Shown here piece by piece: positions 8,773 through 18,942 of a DNA stretch of 64,000 nt (within the stretch, counting starts at the first letter, position 1; every line of letters starts with the position of its first letter). This DNA comes from a virus. Under the pieces are notes generated by a model. The model did no database searches. It was not told where the DNA came from and saw only the letters and a program-made list of their open reading frames with translations. The translations under genes were made by a program, and so were the position numbers. The stretch lies in the IMG/VR virus record IMGVR_UViG_3300044811_000054, positions 12,407-76,406 of that record; one strand, written 5' to 3'.

Positions 8773-9150
8773 TCAGACCGTCATGCGCTCGGCGACCGAG
8801 GCGACGACCATCGACCAGTTCGACGCCGAAAGCCACGTCTTCGAAGACAGGTGCTCCGTCCACCGGTCCAGGTCGGCCACCGTCCGCACCTGCCACAGGC
8901 CGATGTCGTACGAGCCGTCGCACGTGCCGGCGCACCGGTCGCACTCGACCTTCCACAGAGCCGGTGGCGGAGCCATCAGTTCGTCGGAGTCGTGCGACAG
9001 CGTGAACTGCGTCCCGGCGAGACGGTCCCGGCGTTCCCACGCCTTCTCCGCCTCCGAGATCGCCCGGATCGACGCAAAGGGGATGTGGATCGCCCCCTTG
9101 CCGTGGGTGTCGACCCCACAGGTTTCGCAGGTCCACTCAATGAGAGTCAT
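8773..9150 (-). CDS. Hypothetical protein with Cys pairs
   Basis: GC3-rich ORF in the operon. Confidence 0.6.
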   Translation of the reverse strand: MTLIEWTCETCGVDTHGKGAIHIPFASIRAISEAEKAWERRDRLAGTQFTLSHDSDELMAPPPALWKVECDRCAGTCDGSYDIGLWQVRTVADLDRWTEHLSSKTWLSASNWSMVVASVAERMTV

Positions 9151-9164
9151 CGACTTCCTTTCGG

Positions 9165-10499
9165 TTATGCGTTCGCCATGGAGACGAACCGCGAGTAGTG
9201 CAGCTGGGCTGCGACGGTGAGAGTGGTCTCCGCACCGAATCGGTTCTTGTCGATGATCAAATCGGCCTCGCCCACGCGTTGGGTCTTCCGGTCGGCCTTC
9301 TCCGGCCGGTACACGAGAATCACTGCGGCGGCGTCGTGACCAATCTGCGCCGACTCCCGCAAATCGTGTAGGGCGGGGCTTTTGTCGGCGGGGGCGTGGT
9401 GGTTGGGTTTCATCGGCCCAACCACCACCACCGCGACCTGAAGTTCCTTCGACAGGGCGTGCAGCCTGCGGGAGATGTCCGCGACCTGCTGCTCACGGGG
9501 TGCCGAGTTCAACGCCGGCGCCGCAAGACCGATCAGGTCCACCACGATGACCTTCAGTCCGCGTTCACGCTTGATCCTCAGAGCGCGGACGCGCATGTCC
9601 GCGACGCTCAACCGGCCCGACTCGTCGATGAACAGCGGCGCATCGCGGGTCTTCCCGCAAACCTTGCCGATGGCCGTCCAGTCGTCGAGATCCAGCGTCC
9701 CCTCGACCAGACGATCGTGCAGCACCCCCGCCTGGGCGCAGACCAGCTTGTTGAACATCTCCACGCGGCTCATCTCCAGCGCGAAGTACAGGGTCGGCTC
9801 GTCGTTGGCGAACGCCGAAGACCTGACGAGGTCGCCCGCCAAGGTGGACTTCCCGGAGCCGGACTCGCCTGCGATCACGTAAACCTGGCCGGGCTGCAGC
9901 CCGTGGATGACCCGGTCGAGGTCGGGCAGGCCCGTCGGAATTCCCCCCACTTCCCCGGCGTCGCGGCGGGCTTCCCTGGCGTTGGCTGCGTCCAAACCCT
10001 CTTCGGTGATGTCATTCCAGATGACTGGGCCGTCGGTCGACGCGGCTCGGCCCGCGAGGTCGGCGACCAGAACGCGGGCCTCCTCAACCAGGTCGGCGGG
10101 AGAGTCGGTGCGGGAGTGGATCTTCTGGCGGATCCTCACGCATACCGCGTCGAGGTTTCGCAGAGTTGCGTAGTCGGCGACGATCCGGGCGTAGTGGGTG
10201 GCATTGCTGACCGTCGGCACCGCCTCAATCAGCGTGTGCAGGTAGGGCGCACCACCGACGCGCAGGAGATCACCGGAGTCGGCAAGAGCCTTGCTGACCA
10301 TCAGCGCGTCGATCGGCTCGCCCTTGCCGTGCAGCTCGGCGATCACCGCGAACAGGATGCGGTGCGCGGGATCGCCGAAATCCTGCGCGTTCACGACCTC
10401 CATGACGTCAGAGACGACCGTGCGGGACAGCAGCATCGCGCCGACGGTGGCCTGCTCGGCGGCCAGATCCTGCAGCGGATTTCCGTACCCGTCGGTCAC
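9165..10499 (-). CDS. dnaB: Replicative DNA helicase, DnaB family
   Basis: N-terminal AEQATVGAML domain; Walker A GESGSGKS; ALEMS; DLRES; KNRFG; GTGA overlap with upstream gene. Confidence 0.92.
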   Translation of the reverse strand: MTDGYGNPLQDLAAEQATVGAMLLSRTVVSDVMEVVNAQDFGDPAHRILFAVIAELHGKGEPIDALMVSKALADSGDLLRVGGAPYLHTLIEAVPTVSNATHYARIVADYATLRNLDAVCVRIRQKIHSRTDSPADLVEEARVLVADLAGRAASTDGPVIWNDITEEGLDAANAREARRDAGEVGGIPTGLPDLDRVIHGLQPGQVYVIAGESGSGKSTLAGDLVRSSAFANDEPTLYFALEMSRVEMFNKLVCAQAGVLHDRLVEGTLDLDDWTAIGKVCGKTRDAPLFIDESGRLSVADMRVRALRIKRERGLKVIVVDLIGLAAPALNSAPREQQVADISRRLHALSKELQVAVVVVGPMKPNHHAPADKSPALHDLRESAQIGHDAAAVILVYRPEKADRKTQRVGEADLIIDKNRFGAETTLTVAAQLHYSRFVSMANA

Positions 10500-11149
10500 C
10501 GCCGGCCCCCGGTGAAGCGGCGGTCGCGGCCCTTCAGCCGGACAACCCGGCCCGAGGCAAGGCGGGAAACCACGCGCGGGTCGATCTTCTGCTCCAACTG
10601 CTCCGGCGTGAAGTTCGAGGTGACGATCGTTGCCCGGTGCCGCGCCCACCGCTCATCGACGAGGCGGTACAGAGTGTCAGCGGTCCAGTCTGTGCTAATG
10701 CCGGCGCCGAGGTCGTCCAGGACCAGCAACTCCACCCGCTCGGCGTTCGCGAACGCGGTCAGGTGACCGTCGTCCGAGGTGGGACGCATTGCGGCGTTGA
10801 ACTTGGCGTAGCTGGTCAAATGCCAGGTCAGCGTCTGCCGTTGCCGGGCGCGGCCGAACAGGCACTCCCGGACCGCGGCGTAGCAGTGCGATGACTTGCC
10901 GGTGCCGAGCCCGCCGAGCATCAGCAGAGGCGGCACCGACGCGCCGGCCAGGAACCGCCCGATCCAGTCGTCGACCTCCGGGTTTTCGATGCAGGAGTCG
11001 ACAAACTCTTCGGGGACGAACGCGTTATAGGCGGCGGTGGCGTTCTCCAGCAGGATCGCGGTGACGTCGACGGGCGGGGCGTCGCCAAGCTGGTCGATGT
11101 CCACGCCGTGTTGAGCGAGAATCCCGCGGGCCTTGTCGGTGATGTTCAT
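10496..11149 (-). CDS. DnaC/IstB-like helicase loader ATPase
   Basis: GGLGTGKS, LLVLDDLG, TIVTSN, RVVSRL, GRDRR. Confidence 0.9.
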   Translation of the reverse strand: MNITDKARGILAQHGVDIDQLGDAPPVDVTAILLENATAAYNAFVPEEFVDSCIENPEVDDWIGRFLAGASVPPLLMLGGLGTGKSSHCYAAVRECLFGRARQRQTLTWHLTSYAKFNAAMRPTSDDGHLTAFANAERVELLVLDDLGAGISTDWTADTLYRLVDERWARHRATIVTSNFTPEQLEQKIDPRVVSRLASGRVVRLKGRDRRFTGGRR

Positions 11150-12135
11150 TGAGTCGCTCCAGAGAAAGGCTTGTCGTAGTCGGCCTGGTCGGAGGGCGGC
11201 TGCCACGGCTGTCCACGGCTGCCGCTGCGGGGCTGCTCGTTCTGGACCGCCTGCTTGCGCTTGAAGTCCCGAACGGCGTCGAGGCGAATCTCGTCGTACT
11301 TGGCGCGCAGTTTCGGCATTGCGAGGACTCTTGGCTTCCACCAGTCATTGCTCTGGATCCAGTCGATGAGGGCTTTGACCTTTTCGGTGGTTGCCTGCGG
11401 ATCTCGTTTTTCGTCGAGAAGCAGCCGCGCTTCGGTGAACCATTTCTTGCCGATCGGCGGCCTTTTCGATCCGCCGGCCGCTACCGCATTCGCGAGGTAC
11501 TCGCAGATCTCGACGACGTCAGCCCGGTCCTCGTCGGCGACCTTCGTCTTGCGACGTGGACGCTTCTTGGGTTCGTCGTCGGTGGGTGGCGGTTCGACGT
11601 CCACGTCGAACAACACCTCCGAAGGAGGTGTATTGGAACGCTTGGTACGAAGGTCCGGTACTTCGAGTCCCGCTGTGGGACTAGTCCGGTCTCCCTCTGG
11701 GACTAGTCCTAGTCCCGCTCTGGGACTAGTCCCGCTCCGGGACTGGTCATTTGACTGGTCTCCCTGTGGGACTAGTCCCGCTCTGGGACTAGTCGGTTCA
11801 CCCTCCTCGTCGTCATCGGCACCCTCATCGCGCGCAACCTGAGCCGGGATCAGAAGAAGGTATGAGTTCTTTTCCTTGTCCTTCCACGCCGCCGCCAAGG
11901 AAGGGGCGGTGCGCTTAATCCACCCGGCCTCCTCGATGAAAGGGAGGCGCCGGCCAACAGTCGAACGACCGAGCCCTGTGAAACGGGCAAGGTCCGAAAA
12001 GCTCGGCTGGAATCGTTCGGGAATGATGCCCGAGTCGGGGTCAGCGAGCGAGATTAGCGTCATGAGGATGTGCCTGTCCGTAGAGGGCAGGCAGGACCCG
12101 CGCACTGCTCGCATGAGCTGCAAGATGGTGGGCAC
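11146..12135 (-). CDS. Phage replication initiator (lambda O-like, winged HTH)
   Basis: PSFSDLARFTGLGRSTV HTH; C-terminal WIQSNDWW...KLRAKYD; internal iterons; AGAGGAG RBS before GTG 12135. Confidence 0.85.
   Translation of the reverse strand: MPTILQLMRAVRGSCLPSTDRHILMTLISLADPDSGIIPERFQPSFSDLARFTGLGRSTVGRRLPFIEEAGWIKRTAPSLAAAWKDKEKNSYLLLIPAQVARDEGADDDEEGEPTSPRAGLVPQGDQSNDQSRSGTSPRAGLGLVPEGDRTSPTAGLEVPDLRTKRSNTPPSEVLFDVDVEPPPTDDEPKKRPRRKTKVADEDRADVVEICEYLANAVAAGGSKRPPIGKKWFTEARLLLDEKRDPQATTEKVKALIDWIQSNDWWKPRVLAMPKLRAKYDEIRLDAVRDFKRKQAVQNEQPRSGSRGQPWQPPSDQADYDKPFSGATQ
11666..11795. repeat. Iteron cluster, probable origin of replication 1
   Basis: Five GGGACTAGTC copies (11677, 11699, 11722, 11768, 11785) plus a GGGACTGGTC variant (11739); full palindrome GGGACTAGTCCC. 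Confidence 0.85.
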
Positions 12136-12170
12136 GCGGACTCCTCTCGACGGTGAACGGTGGGGGCTGG

Positions 12171-12380
12171 TCAGGCGACATCGGCGGCGAACTGAGCCCA
12201 CTCGTCGACCGGCTGCTCGTGCTTCTGCCGCTCGATGTCGGCGACAACCAGTGGGAGCTGGTGCTTCAGCGCCTCGGCGACTATCTGGCTGACACTGACG
12301 TCCGCCCTGTCTGCGACACGCTGAGCGGCAGACCAGAGTGATTCGTCCGCAGCGCGGATGTAAAGCGTCTTGTGTGCCAC
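12171..12380 (-). CDS. Small RHH-like DNA-binding protein
   Basis: KTLYIR...LWSAAQRVA...SVSQIVAEAL. Confidence 0.6.
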   Translation of the reverse strand: MAHKTLYIRAADESLWSAAQRVADRADVSVSQIVAEALKHQLPLVVADIERQKHEQPVDEWAQFAADVA

Positions 12381-12418
12381 TCGGCATCTCCTCTCCTAGC
12401 TGGGTCAATGCTCAATCC

Positions 12419-12500
12419 GTGTACGTACTTAGCCTATCCGGTCGTGTACGTACACTCAAGTCAAAGGGAGGCGTGTCGTGTACCGACACGCCGCTACCTT
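12419..12500. promoter_or_regulatory. Divergent promoters with GTGTACGTAC(AC) operators
   Basis: Repeats at 12419, 12444 and variant 12478; minus-strand TTGAGT-N17-TAGGCT; plus-strand -10 TACCTT 6 nt before ATG 12507. Confidence 0.65.
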
Positions 12501-12506
12501 TAGGTC

Positions 12507-12698
12507 ATGGCCGAGCCGAACCCGAACAAGCGGCGGAAGACGACGCGCAGGCAGATCGCGCTCTCCGATCCGCTGTGGGATCGCCTCGGCCTGCTCGTCG
12601 GCGATCGCGGTCGCTCCGAGGTCATCCGCTCCCTGGTCGCCTGGTACCTACGCGAGCCCGGCGCCAAGCTCCCCGAGCGCCCGCCACGACAGAACTGA
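12507..12698 (+). CDS. Small RHH-like repressor, probably leaderless
   Basis: RQIALSDPLWDRLGLLVGDRGRSEVIRSLVAWY; divergent orientation. Confidence 0.7.
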   Translation: MAEPNPNKRRKTTRRQIALSDPLWDRLGLLVGDRGRSEVIRSLVAWYLREPGAKLPERPPRQN

Positions 12699-12752
12699 CC
12701 CCTCACGACGCGCCCCCGGGGTACTCGACCACGAAGGTCGCCATCGGGTCGG

Positions 12753-15700
12753 TCATCGAGACACCCGCACGGTTGCCTTCGGGTGCGCCCGGAAGTCTTT
12801 CTCCAGCTGGGTCAAGTACTCGATCGCGGACTCGACCGTCCCCCATTCGCCGCCGCCGCGGACCAGGTGGTCGAAGGCCCGAGGTGCCGCGTCCAGTTGC
12901 CGAAGCCCCTCAACAAGGGCCGGGAGACAGTCGCCGGCCAACTTGCCGTGGAACTCGGCCACGTCGGCGCCTACATGTCGCCAGACGGGACCGACGTTCG
13001 AGGTCATGTTGCCGCAGTCGGCGACACAGCCCGGCTCATCGCCTCCAGTGTCGATCGTCAACCACACGTCGTAGCTCATCGCTTCTCCTTGGCGCCGTTT
13101 CGGATGGTGGACCGCGTTCCGGTCGCCAGCCACTTCGCGATATCAGAGAGCGCCCAACTGATGCAGAACACCGCTGCCCCTTCGCCGACCGGCCGCGCGA
13201 AGCGGAACAGGACGAACAGCACGGCCGAGAGCCCCAGGAAGATGGCGACCTGGGCGATTCTGGGTGGGTTCATCGCGTCTCCTTGGTCATGTCGTGCTCG
13301 TCTTCAGGGCATCCGTGCAGGCACGCCCCGCAGTCCAGGCAGCTGTCGCCTGTCTCATCGCTCTCACAAAGCGCCTGGTCGCACGTGCAGTCCGGACAGC
13401 CGCCCACCAGATGTGCGAGGGCGGCGTGACGGGTGTCGAAACGGCGGGCCGTCTCACCCCGGCGGCGGCCGAACCAGGAACCGGCCGCCTCATGAACGAC
13501 GCTCGGGAACGCTGCACCCACGAACTCGTGCCCGCGGTACGCCTTCAGCCCGCCGAGGCCGTCGTCGTACAGGTCGACACCGTGTGTGGTCCAGGGCTCG
13601 GCGGCGGTCATGAGGGGCCACCCTTCGCCCGGTTTATGGCAGCCTTGGCCTCGGCGATCTCGCGGAACATCCGGGAGCGCCGTGCGGCCTGTTCTGCCGT
13701 GAATAGTGACCCGATCGGCCGCCAGTCGGAACGCAGCCAGTCCGCGGCGTCGCTCAGGGCTCGGTAGGCGTTGTCCAGCTCGCGTTCGGCGGCGGCGAGC
13801 ATCTCGCCGGGGGTGGGTAGGGAGTTAGGCACAGCCGCCGCTCCTCCCTTTCTCGATGCCGGCCGCATGCGCCCGCGAGATCAGTCCGATGACGACCTGG
13901 ACGGTGGCCGCCTCGTACCCGGCGAGCCAGTGGAGGATCCGCACGTCGAAGGCGCCGAGTTCCACACCCACGTCCTGGCAGGCGGCGGTCAGGTGCTCCC
14001 GGTTGATGCGGGTGAAGACGCCACCGCCGGGAATGGCCAAGAATGTTTCGACCATCAGGGGTGCGGCGTAGGTGGATTCTGCGGTGTCGTACGGGCCGGC
14101 GGTCATGCCGCTTCACCGTCAACCGGCAGCCAAACCTGGGTGCCGAGGCGCCGCTTGATCACCTCGTGGCCGTACTGGCAGCAGTTACGGGCGGCCCGCT
14201 CGTTGACGTACAACGTGATGCGCTGGTCGCTGTCGATCCTGCGGGTGGCCCAGTCCCAGCACTGCGCCTCCGAGACCTCACGCAGCGCGAACACCTTGAG
14301 CTTGGGGTCGGTGGCGTCGTCGATCTGATCGCGGGCGTTGAGGGCGTCGCCGAGGTGGCGGAAGAGGCTGACCTGCCGGTCGTCGATGTCGCCCTCGGGA
14401 TACTGGGCGAAGATGGCGTAGCGGGTCATCGCGCGGACACCTCTTCAACGTCCTCATCGCGCCACTCCGCCAGCGTGCTGACACTGTCGCCCGCGCGGTG
14501 GGTATCGGTGTGGCCTTCCAGTTGGGTGCAGACCCAACGGCCGAACGGATCGTCGTCGTCCGTGGACCCCACCCACCCGGACTTGCAGCAGATCTCGTCG
14601 TGCCGCTCAGGCGCGGGCGGGAGCCCGTCGAGCGACCCAGCGTTGGCGCTGTTGACATCCCACGGGACGTCGTGGAACCCGGTTTCGGCGCTCATCGGGC
14701 CACCGCCTCAACCTGCATCGCCGACGCCTCGTCGGCGATTCGATCGGCGAATACCTCGAACAGGTCGATCTGGCCCTCCATGACAGGCGGCGGACCCGGG
14801 TCGGGTTCCGGCTCGTCGTCACCGTCTCCGCCGCCGTCCGGGCGACGGTCGTACTCGGTGCAGGTGTAGTTGCCGTGGATGTGGTCCTCGTCGGTCCCGG
14901 TGGTCCACTCCTGCGGGATGCCACCACCGGTCACCGCGACGGACAGGATTGGGCAGAACTTCTCCGGCCCCGGCCGGTCCATGCTGTCGTTCCGGCAGGA
15001 ATAGCAACCACGTGGACCGCCGGCCCAGTACTCGAACTGTGAGTTGTTGGAAAATGCGGAGCCGGGTTGGGCGTCGGCCGCGATCTCGGAGAAGCTGCGC
15101 ATCAGGCCACCGCCTCAGCGTCGGTCCACTCGACGTCGTTGCACCACGGGCACTGACGGTGCGCGGCGATGTCAGCCTCGGCGGCGTACGACTTCCAGTG
15201 GTGCTCGCAGGTCTCGTTCAGATAGAACCGCAGGTCGGCGCCCATCTGATGCTGGGTCTCGTTGGTTCCATAGACGGCCAGGAACGATTCCAGCCGCCAC
15301 AGCCAGCGACGGTCGACGCTGGTGGGGTCGGGATTTCCGTTGGAGTCCATGCCCTCGTCGTGGATGGACTGCGGCAGGCGGGATCGGTAGTCGGCGCCGG
15401 GGTGGGTCCAGGTGTCGGTCATCAGGCCACCGCCTCGACGTGGGACAGGGCGATGCAGGAGGCGACGCCCTCAACGCAGACGACCGCAGTGTGTCCGTCG
15501 AGCAGGTCTGCGACGGTGCGCGTAACGCTGGTCTTGCCATCACCCTCTCGGTCGCCGGTCCAGTAGCGGACGGGCGTGCCGACGGGATGGGCGTCGTTCC
15601 AGCGAGCGACGTGCTCACGTTGGGTGCTGGCGTAACTCTCGGGGTCGAGGGACGGGTACCACCCGGCCGCCGCGATGCGCGCGGCCTGCGCTCTACGTGC

Positions 15701-15763
15701 TAGTTCCGTCGAGTCAGGTGCGGGGGCGATCGTGGCCGGGACATCGTCGTCTGCGTGCTTCAT
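12753..15763 (-). other. Run of about 10 translationally coupled small hypothetical genes
   Basis: ORFs ending at 12753, 13076, 13270, 13608, 13825, 14103, 14426, 14692, 15102, 15422 with overlapping stops and starts. Confidence 0.75.
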
Positions 15764-15830
15764 GGATTCCTCCGGTGGTTTGATCGCAGCTAGGCGGCCT
15801 TGCGGGGGGCATCTGTTCCCTGAAGTCGAC

Positions 15831-15877
15831 GTTACCACGTCTGAGACCACGTCTGTTACCACAGTTCGCGCTAGGAT
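15831..15877. promoter_or_regulatory. Direct-repeat operator plus -10 element
   Basis: ACCAC(GTCTG) x3 at 12-nt period; TAGGAT 7 nt before ATG 15885. Confidence 0.55.
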
Positions 15878-15884
15878 GGTTGGC

Positions 15885-16178
15885 ATGACCTTGACTCGAC
15901 ACCCCACACCAGGCCCACGGTCGTTGCCACAGATGAAGCAGGCCGAATACCCTGACCGCGTGCCAGGAGAAAACGCTGACGTGCGCCGATTCCGCCTCGA
16001 CCTCGAGACGTGGAAGGCGTACGGCGACATCGTTGGCGACGGCGGCAGATCCGCCGACCTGAAGGCGTACATCGACTGGCGGATCGACAACCCGACAACC
16101 CCACTGCCGGGGAAGCGGCGAGGGCCCCTCAAGCGAGTCCGCGAGAAGAGGACCTCGCCGCCTGCTGCACCCGAGTAG
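15885..16178 (+). CDS. Small RHH-like repressor, paralog of 12507..12698
   Basis: RRFRLDLETWKAYGDIVGDGGRSADLKAYIDW aligns by eye with the 12507 protein. Confidence 0.65.
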   Translation: MTLTRHPTPGPRSLPQMKQAEYPDRVPGENADVRRFRLDLETWKAYGDIVGDGGRSADLKAYIDWRIDNPTTPLPGKRRGPLKRVREKRTSPPAAPE

Positions 16179-16479
16179 CCGGCAGCCCTCCGCAACCGCC
16201 GCCCTCACTCCTGCACCTCCGGCCCGAGCCTCAGCTTCGTCAGGTGGAAGTGCTCACCGCACGGGTACACCGACTGCCGTAGCGCGCCCACCTGCGCCAA
16301 CTCCTCCTCGGCCCGCAACGCTGCCCGCCTGGTCGGGAAGATGACCTTCGCCTTGCGCGCCGGACTGGACTGGCAGCGCGACAAGCCCCCACCCGGGCCG
16401 AGCAGGGCGTAGCGGTGCAGGATCGCATTGCGTAGAGCCGACGTCTGCGCCCCGAGCGGGATGAAGCCCTGGTCGTCTC

Positions 16480-17013
16480 TCACGACTTCGCCTCGGGCAG
16501 CTCCACGAAAAGCCGCGCACCGAGCGCCGCGGCCAGCCGCCGAACACTGTCCAGAGTCGGCGCGACCTTGCCCGTCTCCCACTCTGAGACCTGATTCCGG
16601 CGCGACCCGGCAAGGTCGGCGAGGCCCCGCTGACTCAGGCCGCGGCGTTTCCGCTCGTCCCTCAGCACCCGCATGATCGGGTCGACGGCGGCTGGCGCGA
16701 CACCCAGACCCACGCACCCGTCCCCATGCGCCTGAATGAGGTCGCCGAACACCGGGGCCTGCTCATCGCACGCCGGGCACGTCCCGTACTCGACCCGAGC
16801 GGACGGCCGATCAGCCGGGAGGTGTGTGGCCGGGCCGAACAGCACATCGCGGCACTCACCGCACAGATTGACCGGCACGTCCTCCTGCAGCAGCGACACC
16901 GACCCGACCCGACGCCCGCACAACATGACCGTCTTCACCGTCACCCGCTTGGCGCACATGATCGTGTCCTCGCCCCGCGAGTAGCCATACTCGAATCCGT
17001 CGAAAAAGGTCAC
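16480..17013 (-). CDS. Xre-family HTH protein with N-terminal zinc ribbons
   Basis: LRDERKRRGLSQRGLADLAG...VSEWETGKVAPTLDSV. Confidence 0.8.
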   Translation of the reverse strand: MTFFDGFEYGYSRGEDTIMCAKRVTVKTVMLCGRRVGSVSLLQEDVPVNLCGECRDVLFGPATHLPADRPSARVEYGTCPACDEQAPVFGDLIQAHGDGCVGLGVAPAAVDPIMRVLRDERKRRGLSQRGLADLAGSRRNQVSEWETGKVAPTLDSVRRLAAALGARLFVELPEAKS

Positions 17014-17199
17014 GTCAACCGACCTCCGCCCATGCCGAACCGGGCACCCGGCACAGCAGCACCGAGCAGACGTCCTTGCTCCGCCAGCCCCGCCACACAC
17101 TCAGCCGCGCCCTGGCCACCCGCTCGTCAGGGCAGGTCAGCAGGTGCGCCTTGCGGTAGGTGCCGAAGTCGCCGTGCAGGAAGATCGCCCACTCGAACC

Positions 17200-17652
17200 T
17201 CATGCCGCACCGTCCAGTCGGACCGGTTCGTCGCCGTCCAGGTCGAACCGGACGATCCGCGCGTACTGCCTGACCATCAGCATCGGGAACGGCAGGTGGC
17301 CCGACTCGCGGATGCCCAGCCAGCGGGCGCTGCAGCCGAGCCGGTCCGCCATCGCCCGCTGGGTGATACCCGTCCACTCCCGGGCCAGCACCAGCGCACC
17401 CAGCGGCACACCTGCGGCCAGGGTGCACGGCAGCACCAGCGGCGGGCCCGGGTCGAGGACACCCATCTGGTAGCCGATCGCCACCGCATGCGCCCGGTTG
17501 TTCGCGCCCAGATGCAGGAACAGGCTGCGCAGCCGGCTCCTGACCGTGTCGGAGCTCAGGTGCAGCCGGTCGGCGATCTGACCGGCGTCCAAACCGTCGG
17601 CAAGGCCCTGCAGGGTTTCCAGCAGGCCCGGCTGCAACGTCGGGCGGATCAC
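17200..17652 (-). CDS. LuxR-HTH plus Xre-HTH hybrid regulator
   Basis: LADGLDAGQIADRLHLSSDTVRSRL...LGANNRAHAVA, then AREWTGITQRAMADRLG...IRESG. Confidence 0.75.
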   Translation of the reverse strand: MIRPTLQPGLLETLQGLADGLDAGQIADRLHLSSDTVRSRLRSLFLHLGANNRAHAVAIGYQMGVLDPGPPLVLPCTLAAGVPLGALVLAREWTGITQRAMADRLGCSARWLGIRESGHLPFPMLMVRQYARIVRFDLDGDEPVRLDGAA

Positions 17653-17897
17653 GGCACACTTCCGTCGGCCGGATTGAGCACGACCAGGGCACGGGGGAGT
17701 CCGGGATGCCTGCGGACCCAGCCCATCCGCTGCAACTCGCCGAGCTGGTACAGGACGGTCGACGGGGAGCCGAGACCGACCCCGACGGCGATCTCCCGCA
17801 GCGTCGGCGCGAACCCGTTGGCGCCGTAGAACTCGCGGATGAACTCCAGGATGCGGCGCTGGCGGACCGACAGCAGCGGCACGACGGGGGCCGTCAT
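17649..17897 (-). CDS. LexA DNA-binding domain only (no peptidase domain)
   Basis: LSVRQRRILEFI...GFAPTLREIA..VGL.SPSTV.YQL..L...G..RR....PRAL; 82 aa. Confidence 0.85.
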   Translation of the reverse strand: MTAPVVPLLSVRQRRILEFIREFYGANGFAPTLREIAVGVGLGSPSTVLYQLGELQRMGWVRRHPGLPRALVVLNPADGSVP

Positions 17898-18078
17898 CGC
17901 AGCGCCTCCCGTGCAGCGACCGCGATGTGCTGGACGGTCAGCGCCTGCCGGACGTGCTCGTCGAACGGTTCCGGGTCGGGCCGGTCAAGGCGGGCGCACC
18001 ACTCGACGAAGGACCGCAGACGGTCATAGCCGTCCCTGACCTCACGCAGTTGAGCCGAGGTGGGCCGGCCATCCGGCG

Positions 18079-18351
18079 TCACGACTCCACCTGCTCATAG
18101 GTCCTCGCGAAGATGTCCGCATCGCACGCGTAGAACTCGCCGGCGGCGCCCCGGATCACCCAGTCGCCGGGCTTGCCCGCATGGAGGTCCAAGCCGTCAC
18201 CGGACTCCAGGGTGCCGATGCCGAGGCGTCCGTCGTCGAACACCTGGAAGCGCGCCCCGCCGTTCGCCAGCCAGGTGAAAACCTCATGTGGGCTATCCGG
18301 GTTCCACCGCCGGGCTTCGACGGTCGCGGTCTTGCGGTACAGCGGGGCCAT
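18079..18351 (-). CDS. Phage protein, PGD(W/Y)-type family
   Basis: YRK..TVEARRW...TLE...PGDWVIRG..GEFY.C..DIF..TYE. Confidence 0.7.
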   Translation of the reverse strand: MAPLYRKTATVEARRWNPDSPHEVFTWLANGGARFQVFDDGRLGIGTLESGDGLDLHAGKPGDWVIRGAAGEFYACDADIFARTYEQVES

Positions 18352-18414
18352 GATTGGGCTCCTTCTTGAGGGTGTGTGGGCGCGGCCTCGGGAGAAGCCG
18401 CGCCCACAGCACGG

Positions 18415-18942
18415 CTACTTCTTGTTCAGCAGAGGGACGTCGATCGGCAGAGGCTGATCGGCGTCCCTGCGTCGGCAGATGATCGAAACCATGCCTTGGT
18501 GTATGCCGAACTCGGCACCCAATGCCGCCTGCGTGATCCCGCCAGCCGCATATCTGAGGCGAATCTCGCTGTGGATCTCACTGGACAGTTTGTGGAACAC
18601 CACCTTGGCTGGATTCGCTCGGATGTCTGCGATGGCATGCTCGAAACGAGCGCTTCTCCGCGCTCCGAGCCACGGTCCAATCAGTTCGCACAACTCGGCG
18701 ATCTCGCGGTTCCTGGTTGTCATCCAACGCCAGATGGGCTTGGCCTTCTGATTGGTGGGCTGGTAGGGGCCATAGAACTTCCCCATGCCGACCGTCGCGG
18801 CGAACCGTTCCAGTACATCTTTATCTGTCATGATTACGGCCGCTTGATACCGATGGGCCATTCCTTTGCCACGCTTGGCGGCAATGGTGCCTTCGCCCTC
18901 GAAGAGTCCAGCGGCCCAGGCGATTTCTGCCTCCGACGTCAT
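18415..18942 (-). CDS. LAGLIDADG homing endonuclease with C-terminal HTH
   Basis: IAWAAGLFEGEG motif; TQAALGAEFGIHQGMVSII HTH; lower GC than neighbours. Confidence 0.85.
   Translation of the reverse strand: MTSEAEIAWAAGLFEGEGTIAAKRGKGMAHRYQAAVIMTDKDVLERFAATVGMGKFYGPYQPTNQKAKPIWRWMTTRNREIAELCELIGPWLGARRSARFEHAIADIRANPAKVVFHKLSSEIHSEIRLRYAAGGITQAALGAEFGIHQGMVSIICRRRDADQPLPIDVPLLNKK

Noticed and set aside
9396-10766. Long antisense ORFs (also 24109..25524, 33977..35410 and others)
   Set aside because: Shadow ORFs expected opposite GC3-rich genes; no motifs
11666-11795. CRISPR array
   Set aside because: Repeats are 10-12 bp, lack spacers and lie inside the initiator gene; no cas operon (the Cas4-like gene is a phage exonuclease)
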